IMG/VR virus record: IMGVR_UViG_3300047160_001675
Coordinates: 1 to 40,531 of that record
DNA: 40,531 nucleotides
Strand: one strand, 5' to 3'
Source of the DNA: a virus
Position 1 is the stretch's first letter; each line of letters begins with the position of its first letter. The notes under the pieces were generated by a model. The model did no database searches and had not been told where the DNA came from. It was given only the letters and a program-made list of their open reading frames with translations. Positions 24,429 to 33,385 of the stretch are shown here, in pieces. A program made the position numbers and the translations under genes.

Positions 24429-27400
24429 ATGACTTTATCACTTGAGAGAATTAACAGAGCTAGAGAAGCGGGTTATAACGATGATCAGATCATTGAATCA
24501 ATAGCTAGGAGGGATGCGGAATTCGGTTCACGCATTCAACGAGCTAGAGAGTCTGGACATGATAACGCCGCTATTTTGCAGTCAATCGAGAAGCGACTAA
24601 ACACTCCAGTAAACACACCAGTACAGCAAGACAACACACCAGCAATACAGCAAAACGCTAATACTACCAGTATGCCGGAAATTCCGGACAACTCGAATAA
24701 ACCGGAAAAACCGGTTAGTCCAACGCCTGTAGAGCCTCAAAAAGATAAAGGTTTCTGGGATTGGGTAATGCAAGAGCCGGGGCCGGATAAGTACGAAGAG
24801 ATGATCCGACCAAGAGAAATCTCTAGAGAAGACCTAAAGAAGATGTCTGCACGTGAGCGATATGAATATGCTCAAGAGTTGAACCTTCATCGTGAATATA
24901 TGCAATCTAAAGGTACAACAAAGGGAATACTATCTGGGTTGACATTTGGGTTGTCAGAGAAGATCCCTGCGCTTAAACCTCAAGAAGGAGAGCATGGAGT
25001 TCTCTTTGGAGAGTTCTTAGGATCTGTTCTTCCTATTGAAGGTTTGGCTAAAGTTATCAGCTGGCCACTTCTTAAGCTTGCAGGCAGCTCTCCTGTTTAC
25101 AAAGCAGGATTAGAAGCATTTGCACGTATCACGGGTATGGGCGCAACAGGTGCAACGTATGAAGGAATTAAAGAAGGGATCAAGACAGGCGAATTACCTA
25201 GCGCTGAAGATCTAGCGAAACATGGAGCTGCATGGGCTGCATTAGAGACCGCATTACAAGGAGCTGGATATCTAGCTAGATTCATCTCCAAGATGCGAGA
25301 AGCAGGAGGGTCGACAGTCGAAAAGGTTAATGAGTTAATGTCTAAGGTTAACCTCGAGGAGACTAACCCCGAGGTCTTAAAAGCACAACTCGATAAAGGC
25401 ATAAAGGAAGTGTTTCCAGAAAGGAAACAGTTGAGCCCTGAAGAAGTTAAGGCTGCTAAGAGTGAAGTGTACGATCAAATCGAACAGTTGCCTGAAGGTA
25501 ATAAGAAGAAGCTGGCAGAGCGCGCAGTAGAGAAGCAACAGGTAAGAACTCCTGATCAGTTGAAAAACTTTCTTGAAGAGTATGACACTCTCTTTCCCGG
25601 CATATCGGGTAAGACTATGAACGATCGCAATCGTAAATTCATCAATAAGATATCCGAAAGCAATAAAGAGTCTAGAAAGTTTGATATAAGAGAAGGGGGA
25701 GGAGAAAATGTCCCCACCCCTAAGATGTCCGAAACCGAGAAGTTAAAGCGTTCACAGATAGAACTTAAAGAGGCAAAACGTGGATCCGATCAAGAAGCAA
25801 TTAAGAGTGCTAAAAAGAAAGTCAAGCTTCAAAAGTCCAAAGTCGACGCTGAGGCAGCCAAAGCTGAAAGTCAGAGGATTGCGCAAGAAAAGCAAGCTGC
25901 CAAAGATCAGCAAAAGTTAGAGAAGCAACAGGTTAAAGAGTTTGAATCTAAGGTAGAAAATAAAGAAGCTGATGCCATTCAGAAGAAGATTGATGCTATC
26001 GAGGAGCGTATTACTAAGGCAGAATCAAAGGGTAAGACTCAAACAGTTAGAGTGTTGCAGAAGAACTTAAGCATTCAAAAGAAAAGACTTCAAGAGGCTA
26101 AAGTTGCTCGTAAGTATTCAGTACCGCAGAACTCTAAAGAGGTTAATACAACCCAACCTACTCTAGTTGCAAAGAACCCAGAGAAGATAACTAACACAAA
26201 TGTAGTACAGGCTATATCAGAAAAACCTGCTCAGACATTATCACAAGGTGCTTATTATCCCGGATTTCAAGTAGTCACTAATACAATCAAAGGCCTAAAG
26301 AAAGGTGTTAGACAAGGAACCAAATGGGTATTCAAAAAAGGTGGTCAAGATGTACTTCGCGCTAACCCTGAATCTTCTATTTACAAAAAGGGTTGGAGAG
26401 CTGTTGAGGACTATATGTCCACGAAGATGGGTCTCAAAGAACGCTTCTTTACAAGATGGCAAGAATCAATAGGGAAGAACCCTAAAATTTCCCGTCAGGA
26501 TCGAGAAGACATGATCTTTTACCGAGAGAGAACCGGGAATCCTTTTGTTAAAAATGATTCCTTCGAGGCTTTAAGTAAGAGGATGTCGCCTGAGTCTAAG
26601 CAGGTAGTCGATACCGTCGTTGATCAGCATATGAAAGAATCTCTCCGCTTGATCAATGAATCGCCATTCATGAGCGGAAAGGGTGTGACACCAAGACAAG
26701 CCGTTGAAGATATCTATATCCGTCACTTCTATGCTGGTAAGATTTCACCTACTAAGGTTGACGCTATATTCGAGTCGATGCAGAAACGTTTCGGCACAGA
26801 CAATCCATTCAAGAACACAAGAACGTTCCTTACGTTCGATCAGGCGCTTCGAGAAGCGGGGTTAGTACCTAAGTACCGGGACATCACACAAAACCTTGCA
26901 GCGCAAGACGGAATGCTTACACGGGTGCTTTCTAATAACGAGCTGGTCAGCAATCTACATGATATGGAAGTTGCTACTGGACAGAAGTTAATTGTTAGGT
27001 CTAACGACAAGAAGGCATATCAGAAGGCTAAAGATGATGGATGGATTCATTTTCAAGATCCATACATGAGATCTTATGTTGCTGGCACTAACAAAGCTGG
27101 CAAGAAGAACTGGGCTGTCTCCGAGGCTCCAGCGCTCGTGCATCCAGATCTAGCACCATCCCTACAGGGTGTATTCGCAAGAGACGCGTACAAGCCAGAT
27201 AATGCGGTTTTAAGGCTATACGATAGAGTTAACTCAACACTAAACAAGCTTCACGTCAGCGCATCTCTATTCCACTTTAACGCGCTAGGTGAGTCTTTTA
27301 CAGGTGCAGGAGGTTTTGTTACCTCTTTGGTTATGAGCCCTAAATGGTGGAAGCAAGGTTCGAGATTGCTAGAGAAGTCGCCTTTCGTTGAAGACGCAGT

Positions 27401-28685
27401 AAGGCATGGACTAAAACTAAACCGCCCTACCGACTTAGATCTTGAGCAGGCTAATACATTCTATCAGAAGCTTTTGACTAAGATGCAAGCTTCTAAAAAC
27501 CTTCCAGCAAACATTATAGGCAAGATAGGAGAGAATGCCAACATCCTTAACAGGACGCATAAGTTCTTGTTTGGAGAGTTCCAACCTAGAATGAAGATCA
27601 TCACCTACGAGAACTACGTCAATAGAATGCTTCGATACTATGAAAAAAGGGGAATGTACCCAAATGAAGAACTGTTGAGAGAGATCAAAAGGGAGTCTTC
27701 TAAGGCTGTTAACGATCAGTTCGGGGGTCAGGTATGGGAGTTAATTCCATTCATGAACGATAAACAGAAAGGCATGCACCGAGTATTCAGCTTCCCGGAC
27801 TGGGGTGTATCTGCTATCCGAGAGGTAACAGGCGCAGTAGCAGATAATAGCCCTATTAGACGTAAGCTGGGGCAGCGGTATTTGGTGGAATACCTTATGG
27901 GATTATTCTTTGGTGGTCAGCTGTTAAGTTATGCATCTACCGGCATGACCAATAAACCAGATGGATCAGTCACATGGGACATCAATAAAGCGCACTCCAC
28001 ATTTGAAAACGAAGATCCGAAAAGACGTAACCTATTCGATATTGAGATGCCTGATTTTTATATTACGATCGCAGGTGATAAAATCAATGTAGGTAGAGAT
28101 GAGAATGGCCGCCAGTATTATGTGCATGGGGGTAAGAAGATCCGGGAGATTGGTAGATACTTCACCGATCCGATAGCTAACTTGTTTTCAAAAAGCTCTC
28201 CTCTGATTCAAGACGCGACAAAGTTCGCCCTTGATCATACACCTTCAGAGGGGGGGCTTTTTCCTGTAAGAGGTGCATATGTTGAAGGAGAGTTCAAACC
28301 TTGGGATGGAACAAAGAAACATACCATTGATAGAGCTATCAGCTATGCAAAAGAGATTGCAGGAGGCACATTGCCATACTCTCTACAGACAGCTGTAAGC
28401 GACTTATTTGACTCTAAGGAACAGTTTTTACAAGCGATAGCGCGAACAGGGTTTAAGTTTGTATTATCAGGGGGTGGTGGACTTTCTGTAAGTAAAGGGA
28501 TGAGCCTTAGATCATCAGAACCTTACTGGGAAGAGGCTTATAAGATAGAGAATCCTAAAGAGAGAGAAGAGTCCTTAAAAGCTTTAAGAACCGTACTCAA
28601 GGATTACGGCTATAAAGATAGACAGATCAAAACAATAGAATCAAAAATTAAGAGGCGCGTCGAAGGTAAAGCAGAGAAGCGCTAA
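24429..28685 (+). CDS. Giant internal virion/DNA-ejection protein (1418 aa).
   Basis: Size and position analogous to T7 gp16. N-terminal tandem motif RAREAGYNDDQIIESIARR / RARESGHDNAAILQSIEKR. Long Lys/Glu coiled-coil region. Confidence 0.6.
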   Translation: MTLSLERINRAREAGYNDDQIIESIARRDAEFGSRIQRARESGHDNAAILQSIEKRLNTPVNTPVQQDNTPAIQQNANTTSMPEIPDNSNKPEKPVSPTPVEPQKDKGFWDWVMQEPGPDKYEEMIRPREISREDLKKMSARERYEYAQELNLHREYMQSKGTTKGILSGLTFGLSEKIPALKPQEGEHGVLFGEFLGSVLPIEGLAKVISWPLLKLAGSSPVYKAGLEAFARITGMGATGATYEGIKEGIKTGELPSAEDLAKHGAAWAALETALQGAGYLARFISKMREAGGSTVEKVNELMSKVNLEETNPEVLKAQLDKGIKEVFPERKQLSPEEVKAAKSEVYDQIEQLPEGNKKKLAERAVEKQQVRTPDQLKNFLEEYDTLFPGISGKTMNDRNRKFINKISESNKESRKFDIREGGGENVPTPKMSETEKLKRSQIELKEAKRGSDQEAIKSAKKKVKLQKSKVDAEAAKAESQRIAQEKQAAKDQQKLEKQQVKEFESKVENKEADAIQKKIDAIEERITKAESKGKTQTVRVLQKNLSIQKKRLQEAKVARKYSVPQNSKEVNTTQPTLVAKNPEKITNTNVVQAISEKPAQTLSQGAYYPGFQVVTNTIKGLKKGVRQGTKWVFKKGGQDVLRANPESSIYKKGWRAVEDYMSTKMGLKERFFTRWQESIGKNPKISRQDREDMIFYRERTGNPFVKNDSFEALSKRMSPESKQVVDTVVDQHMKESLRLINESPFMSGKGVTPRQAVEDIYIRHFYAGKISPTKVDAIFESMQKRFGTDNPFKNTRTFLTFDQALREAGLVPKYRDITQNLAAQDGMLTRVLSNNELVSNLHDMEVATGQKLIVRSNDKKAYQKAKDDGWIHFQDPYMRSYVAGTNKAGKKNWAVSEAPALVHPDLAPSLQGVFARDAYKPDNAVLRLYDRVNSTLNKLHVSASLFHFNALGESFTGAGGFVTSLVMSPKWWKQGSRLLEKSPFVEDAVRHGLKLNRPTDLDLEQANTFYQKLLTKMQASKNLPANIIGKIGENANILNRTHKFLFGEFQPRMKIITYENYVNRMLRYYEKRGMYPNEELLREIKRESSKAVNDQFGGQVWELIPFMNDKQKGMHRVFSFPDWGVSAIREVTGAVADNSPIRRKLGQRYLVEYLMGLFFGGQLLSYASTGMTNKPDGSVTWDINKAHSTFENEDPKRRNLFDIEMPDFYITIAGDKINVGRDENGRQYYVHGGKKIREIGRYFTDPIANLFSKSSPLIQDATKFALDHTPSEGGLFPVRGAYVEGEFKPWDGTKKHTIDRAISYAKEIAGGTLPYSLQTAVSDLFDSKEQFLQAIARTGFKFVLSGGGGLSVSKGMSLRSSEPYWEEAYKIENPKEREESLKALRTVLKDYGYKDRQIKTIESKIKRRVEGKAEKR

Positions 28686-28715
28686 ACAACTCGGATCACG
28701 CAAAGACGAGTTTTA

Positions 28716-29000
28716 ATGCCAAGTCCAAATTTACAGAGGGACAACTATCATAATGTTATTCAAAAGACATATGGAGAAAGATCCTTCAGGGGTATTTACG
28801 ATGTAAATAACAACCTAATCTTTGCTGGTTTTGCTATTCCGGGAACGGATACGGCTATAGCTGCATGGCAGATTAGACAATTGAACTATGACGTAGATAA
28901 CAATTTAATAAGCATCTTATGGCCAGAAGACGGTAATGGTATAGCCTCAAGGGATTATATCTTCATCTGGGATAACTATGCTTCGTTAACATACGCATAG
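28716..29000 (+). CDS. Small protein preceding the tail fibre (94 aa).
   Basis: ORF in the operon. Confidence 0.55.
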   Translation: MPSPNLQRDNYHNVIQKTYGERSFRGIYDVNNNLIFAGFAIPGTDTAIAAWQIRQLNYDVDNNLISILWPEDGNGIASRDYIFIWDNYASLTYA

Positions 29001-29008
29001 GGGGTATT

Positions 29009-30559
29009 ATGAAATATGTTTATAATACCTTTACGGATGAACTAGACTGCGTTGGTGAAGGGGGAGGCCCAAGCGGGGAAGACCTTCATGTAGCTAGATT
29101 TATCGTCAGTGCAGGTGGTGGGAATGATGGTGCTAACTATACGACTATCGCCGGGGCTTATGCTGCTGCGATAGCTAAGGGTGGTAACCAGACAATCTTC
29201 TTGCAGCCCGGTACGTACAATATCGGCACACTAGCTCTTCATGCTGGGATTAATATTTCAGCTTTTGACTGTGATGCGATCAATCCGAACGTGACGATCA
29301 ACGGTAAGATGACTGCTAACATAACAGGAAACTGTTCCTTTAGCGGGATCAACTTCACTAACGCCACAGATAATGTCTTGGCAATAAGTGGGTCTGGTGC
29401 GTGTAACTTCAAGTTTACAGAATGTTTTATTAATGTAAGCGGTACAGCGTTCGCGTTTGCAAACACAAACACAAGCGCCGGGATTCAGATATTCTCCTCC
29501 AAGGGAGATATCTCAGGCACATCAACTTACTTCGATATGGTAGGTGGTGGAGTTACGATCCAAGATACCTTCTTCTTTAACGACATTGAAAGCTTGACCG
29601 TTAACGTATTCAATAACGCTTCATTCGACCTAGAGTCAGCTACATTTGATTGCCCGATCAATGCAACAGGTGCAGGCGGTGATGTGTCAATTAAGCACAG
29701 CACGATGATCCTATTGAATGCGACGATCGTAACGACTAGCGGTGGGCCTAACAGTGATCTAATCATTCTGAATAGCCATATTGATTCTAACAACGCTACG
29801 GCGATTAGTATCGGTTCTGGTTCGACGATGACGATAGCAAACTCGTCGGTGGGTTCTAGCGCTACACATGCGATCTCTGGAGCAGGGACATTATTATATA
29901 CCCCTATAGCCTTCACGAAATCGTCATCTAGCGTGAACGTATCTACGCAAACGCCGTTAAGGTTTGGCCCTCAAATATCACCTGAGCTAACGGATACGAA
30001 TGGGACAGTGTACTACGATGGGACGATCCTACAAACAACCCCTCCTGAGACAGCTGGGTTTGTTTTAACATCGAACGGCCCCGGTAGCCCTCCTACGTAT
30101 CAAGCATCTTCATCCTCTGCGTTAAAGGCGTTTAGAGCGCATCTAGCATCTAATACTGCGGCTAACATCACTGGAGATGGAACGCTGGTTACAGTACCTT
30201 TTGACACGGTCGATTATGACACCGATTCAGGGTACAATACAGGTACGAATATTTATACCATCCCAACTGGAGGAGCGGGAGTCTGGCAAGTTAACTACTC
30301 TGTATTTACCTACCGAACAGGAGGAACTAATAACGTAGAGCTGTTGAGCTTCTTAATCAACGGTTCAACATCAATTAGAAACTACGAAATGGACTTTGAA
30401 ACCGTTCAAACCTCTGGTGAGTTAACTCTTACAAGTGGTGCTCAGTATCAATTTGCAGACGGAGACACTATCCAGATCCAGTGCAACGTCGGTGGAGGAG
30501 CAAAGAATATTGGATTTGCCGGAACATTCTGCGTATTCAGTATGGCTAGACTAGGTTAA
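29009..30559 (+). CDS. Tail spike/fibre with a right-handed beta-helix-like central region and a C1q/TNF-like C-terminal head (516 aa).
   Basis: Repetitive N-x-[ST]/G-rich rungs (NITGNCSFSGINFTNATDNVLAISGSGACNFKF...). The C-terminus FRAHLASNTAANITGDGTLVTVPFDTVDYDTDSGYNTGTNIYTIPTGGAGVWQVNYSV resembles the gC1q jelly-roll pattern. Confidence 0.6.
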   Translation: MKYVYNTFTDELDCVGEGGGPSGEDLHVARFIVSAGGGNDGANYTTIAGAYAAAIAKGGNQTIFLQPGTYNIGTLALHAGINISAFDCDAINPNVTINGKMTANITGNCSFSGINFTNATDNVLAISGSGACNFKFTECFINVSGTAFAFANTNTSAGIQIFSSKGDISGTSTYFDMVGGGVTIQDTFFFNDIESLTVNVFNNASFDLESATFDCPINATGAGGDVSIKHSTMILLNATIVTTSGGPNSDLIILNSHIDSNNATAISIGSGSTMTIANSSVGSSATHAISGAGTLLYTPIAFTKSSSSVNVSTQTPLRFGPQISPELTDTNGTVYYDGTILQTTPPETAGFVLTSNGPGSPPTYQASSSSALKAFRAHLASNTAANITGDGTLVTVPFDTVDYDTDSGYNTGTNIYTIPTGGAGVWQVNYSVFTYRTGGTNNVELLSFLINGSTSIRNYEMDFETVQTSGELTLTSGAQYQFADGDTIQIQCNVGGGAKNIGFAGTFCVFSMARLG

Positions 30560-30822
30560 TGAAGCTCGTTTTCTGGGTCGAAAGGCTCCAGATAACGAAG
30601 CTTGAAATAGTAAAAAATGTTTTTTGCATGGTGAACATGAAACGTAAACAAACCTCTATCAATGATATCTAGGTTATCTGCGTTTTTCTCAATGAGCTTA
30701 AAGAGCTCATCGAAATGCATATCCATAGTTTTGACAAAGTTCTTGTCATAGTCATGTGGAGCCTCTTCACCAAAGCAAAACTGAGAAGAAACAAAAAGAA
30801 AAAGATAGAGCACGTATTTCAT
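30556..30822 (-). CDS. Opposite-strand moron: small secreted protein with a signal peptide (88 aa).
   Basis: AGAGGT SD upstream of ATG 30822. MKYVLYLFLFVSSQFCFG is a signal peptide. Its stop overlaps the fibre gene stop (TTAA). Confidence 0.55.
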   Translation of the reverse strand: MKYVLYLFLFVSSQFCFGEEAPHDYDKNFVKTMDMHFDELFKLIEKNADNLDIIDRGLFTFHVHHAKNIFYYFKLRYLEPFDPENELH

Positions 30823-30886
30823 ATAACCTCTGTCGAAAAACAAAACGTTGCCACTAAGGCAATAAAAGATCAAGGAGAATTTATAA

Positions 30887-31510
30887 ATGACAAGTCCTAC
30901 AACCTATAAGTTAGGATTTCCTAAGCTGAAATACTCGGTTGTGCCTATGGCATCAGGGAGTCCATTTTCAAGAGATCCAACTACCGCTGATCTATTCGAT
31001 CCTAAGGTAGGTGGCTATTACAACATCGGTACAGTATGGCCTAACGAGGCTGATAATAAAGCCTTTATGCTTACATCTATCACCACTGGTAATACTGCTA
31101 ACTGGCAAGAGATTACGGCAGATGGTGGGGATGTTACTGGGCCGGGATCTTCAACCGCTAATGCGATAGTGAGATTCAATGGTACTACTGGTAAAGTTAT
31201 CGAGAACTCGCCTGTAACGATGGCAGACACTACAGGTACTATGACCTTCCCAGCTGGTGGTGGTGTAGTCATGACTGCATCAGGAGCCGCTGCACGTAAA
31301 GGTAGCGTAACACTAACCGCAGGAGCTTCAGGGGATATCGCAACTACTTCGGTAGCAGCAAACTCGGCAATCTCTTTAACGATTACCGCTTTGGGTACTG
31401 TTTCAGCACCTCAAGCCCTATATGTCACTATTACAGCAGGTACGAAATTCACAATCACCTCAGCTGATAATACGGACACTTCCGTAATCACATGGGCTAT
31501 TGTGGGGTAG
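30887..31510 (+). CDS. Second tail fibre protein (207 aa).
   Basis: GPGSSTANAIVRFNGTTGKVIENSPV is a motif common in phage fibres, followed by a Gly/Thr/Ala-rich beta region. Confidence 0.6.
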   Translation: MTSPTTYKLGFPKLKYSVVPMASGSPFSRDPTTADLFDPKVGGYYNIGTVWPNEADNKAFMLTSITTGNTANWQEITADGGDVTGPGSSTANAIVRFNGTTGKVIENSPVTMADTTGTMTFPAGGGVVMTASGAAARKGSVTLTAGASGDIATTSVAANSAISLTITALGTVSAPQALYVTITAGTKFTITSADNTDTSVITWAIVG

Positions 31511-31512
31511 AG

Positions 31513-31647
31513 ATGCCTTTTAAATCAAAAGCACAAAGAGCCTACCTCTTCGCTAACGAGCCGCAAGTCGCAAAGGAATTTGCGGCTCATACTCCGAAGG
31601 GACAAAAATTACCGAATAAGGTAAAAAAGAAAAAAGGGAAGAAATAA
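31513..31647 (+). CDS. Small basic protein (44 aa, MPFKSKAQRAYLFANEP...KKKKGKK). Not in the ORF track.
   Basis: Hand translation. TAATG-coupled to the next gene. Confidence 0.45.
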   Translation: MPFKSKAQRAYLFANEPQVAKEFAAHTPKGQKLPNKVKKKKGKK

Positions 31648-31850
31648 TGTTTAAATGGATCAAGTCACTGTTTAAAGGCACATCCTCGATAAGCAAATCT
31701 GTTCAGTTTTCTCTGGGCATAATTAAGCTGTTCGAGCAATATGAAATCAGCGACCCAAACACTAAGGACGCAGTCATCGACACGATTGTGGCTGTATTGA
31801 ACCAACATAAATCTCCGGCACAACCGGTAACCACTTCACAAGGAAGTTAA
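31647..31850 (+). CDS. Hypothetical protein (67 aa).
   Basis: TAATG-coupled ORF. Confidence 0.5.
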   Translation: MFKWIKSLFKGTSSISKSVQFSLGIIKLFEQYEISDPNTKDAVIDTIVAVLNQHKSPAQPVTTSQGS

Positions 31851-31851
31851 C

Positions 31852-32016
31852 ATGAAAGCAAAATTAGGGTCTGGCGCTCGTTTCAAAGCCGTCGAGAAGG
31901 CCGCCGCTAAGTCGGGAGCTGAAAACCCCGCAGCTGTTGCAGCTAAAGCAGGTATGAAGAAATACGGTAAAGAAAAGATGGAGAAGATGGCAGAAGCCGG
32001 AAGGAAGAAAAAATAA
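31852..32016 (+). CDS. Small Lys/Ala-rich basic protein (54 aa). Not in the ORF track.
   Basis: AAGGAAG SD. MKAKLGSGARFKAVEKAAAKSGAENPAAVAAKAGMKKYGKEKMEKMAEAGRKKK. Confidence 0.45.
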   Translation: MKAKLGSGARFKAVEKAAAKSGAENPAAVAAKAGMKKYGKEKMEKMAEAGRKKK

Positions 32017-32162
32017 TGAGAGTTAAAGAATCCGGTAAGGTTATGCCTGCACGTACCCCTAAGGGTGGTACTGGCAAGGATGCAGTTGCGTTAGTTGAAA
32101 GCTCTAAAGCCAGAAAGAAGATGCCTGCGAAGCCTGTAAAGAAAGAGAAATATAAGAAGTAG
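32016..32162 (+). CDS. Small Lys-rich basic protein (48 aa). Not in the ORF track.
   Basis: TAATG-coupled. MRVKESGKVMPARTPKGGTGKDAVALVESSKARKKMPAKPVKKEKYKK. Confidence 0.4.
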   Translation: MRVKESGKVMPARTPKGGTGKDAVALVESSKARKKMPAKPVKKEKYKK

Positions 32163-32184
32163 CGTGAGCTACTTCTTTTTTTTT
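32154..32184 (+). terminator. Strong intrinsic terminator ending the late operon: 10-bp stem with a GTGA loop, then T9. It is probably bidirectional because of the A-rich 5' flank.
   Basis: AAGAAGTAGC-GTGA-GCTACTTCTT followed by TTTTTTT. It sits between convergent gene ends 32162 (+) and 32183 (-). Confidence 0.85.
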
Positions 32185-32368
32185 ACTTCCCTGTTGAAGC
32201 GGGAGCCACGCTAACCGGAACATTGATGTTCGGGCTAACATTCGGCGTAGTGCTCAACGTATCATCCACTAGATCACTAGCAGTTCCATGAGTATCAATA
32301 TTTTGAAAACTCAACGTGCAACTACACAGTAGGAGCGGGAGCATCAGAGATATCAATAATTTTTTCAT
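32183..32368 (-). CDS. Small lipoprotein (61 aa).
   Basis: MKKLLISLMLPLLLCSC is a signal peptide with a lipobox-like LCSC. The start lies 47 nt inside the 3' end of the RecT-like gene. Confidence 0.5.
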   Translation of the reverse strand: MKKLLISLMLPLLLCSCTLSFQNIDTHGTASDLVDDTLSTTPNVSPNINVPVSVAPASTGK

Positions 32369-33182
32369 TAGCTATCTTCCTTTTGTTTTTCCATTTATTA
32401 AAATTGTCTGAAGTTACCTTAATGTCCTTAAGTAATCGCATTAAAGTAGGTACTATCCCTTCTTTTAAATGCGAGTTAATTTCATTTAGAAAATCAATAA
32501 CTAAATGACTTTGTAATGGATCGAAGTGCCTCAAAAGCTCTTCAGTTAATCTTTCTCTTATAGTAGGATCTTCTGAGATCTCAGGTGATGGCTCTAAAAC
32601 CTCACCATTTGCCCTAGAATCGCTTATCTCACCTTCAATGTACCCAATGCCTATCACATCGCTAAAAAGCTGTCTGGCAAGCCGAGAAACGCATCTAGCA
32701 TAAAGCATATCTTCGGGGGTACGTTTCCATCCCCCTTTTTCCTTAATAAGACCTGCTTTTTGAGCCATCTCAATAGTAAAAGTGACTGTATGGGTCTCAC
32801 CAGTATCACACCTAGTTCCTTTAATTTTACAAATCTGATCTGTACTTTCTAAGATCTGCAATGTATGTTTAGATCGCCGGATTAACGCTGACATCACTCG
32901 AGCAGATAGTTCCACCTTTCCCTCGATGATATGGAGCCCTCCATTAAGCGCTTGAGCCGGCCCTATTCCATACTCTCTAGCCGCTAACATGATCATCATA
33001 ATAGCAGACTCTTTTCCTACGCCTCGATACATTTGGCTATCTACCGCGTTCTTAGCCCACGTTTGATATACCATAAGTTCTTGAGCATTAGGCATCCCAA
33101 CAAGCTGTATAGAGGTATTAACCTCTTGCTGTATTGGTGGCATTACACCTTGTTGTTTTACGGTAACCACCGCATTATCCAT
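32322..33182 (-). CDS. recT: RecT/Red-beta-family single-strand annealing protein (286 aa).
   Basis: The central region ESAIMMIMLAAREYGIGPAQALNGGLHIIEGKVELSARVMSALIRRS...GWKRTPEDMLYARCVSRLARQLF resembles the RecT core as I remember it. It sits next to an exonuclease gene. Confidence 0.55.
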   Translation of the reverse strand: MDNAVVTVKQQGVMPPIQQEVNTSIQLVGMPNAQELMVYQTWAKNAVDSQMYRGVGKESAIMMIMLAAREYGIGPAQALNGGLHIIEGKVELSARVMSALIRRSKHTLQILESTDQICKIKGTRCDTGETHTVTFTIEMAQKAGLIKEKGGWKRTPEDMLYARCVSRLARQLFSDVIGIGYIEGEISDSRANGEVLEPSPEISEDPTIRERLTEELLRHFDPLQSHLVIDFLNEINSHLKEGIVPTLMRLLKDIKVTSDNFNKWKNKRKIANEKIIDISDAPAPTV

Positions 33183-33190
33183 CTAACCTC

Positions 33191-33385
33191 CTAATAATCG
33201 GTCATTAAACAGTAGTTGCATCCTCGTCCCCCGCATCGAGGGCAAGAGTCATGATCATCATCATCAACATCAGAATCAAAATCGTAATCAACATCGTAAT
33301 CCTCCTCATATTCGTAGGGAATTTCACCCCGTAACATTGCAAAATATTCAGGGTAGTCCCAAGGAATGAGATTTGGATCTCTCAT
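33191..33385 (-). CDS. Highly acidic small protein with a C-terminal CxxC-x4-CxxC knuckle (64 aa; start moved to the internal ATG).
   Basis: GGAGGAAG SD and TAATG coupling to the exonuclease gene. EYEEDYDVDYDFDSDVDDDDHDSCPRCGGRGCNYC. Confidence 0.55.
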   Translation of the reverse strand: MRDPNLIPWDYPEYFAMLRGEIPYEYEEDYDVDYDFDSDVDDDDHDSCPRCGGRGCNYCLMTDY

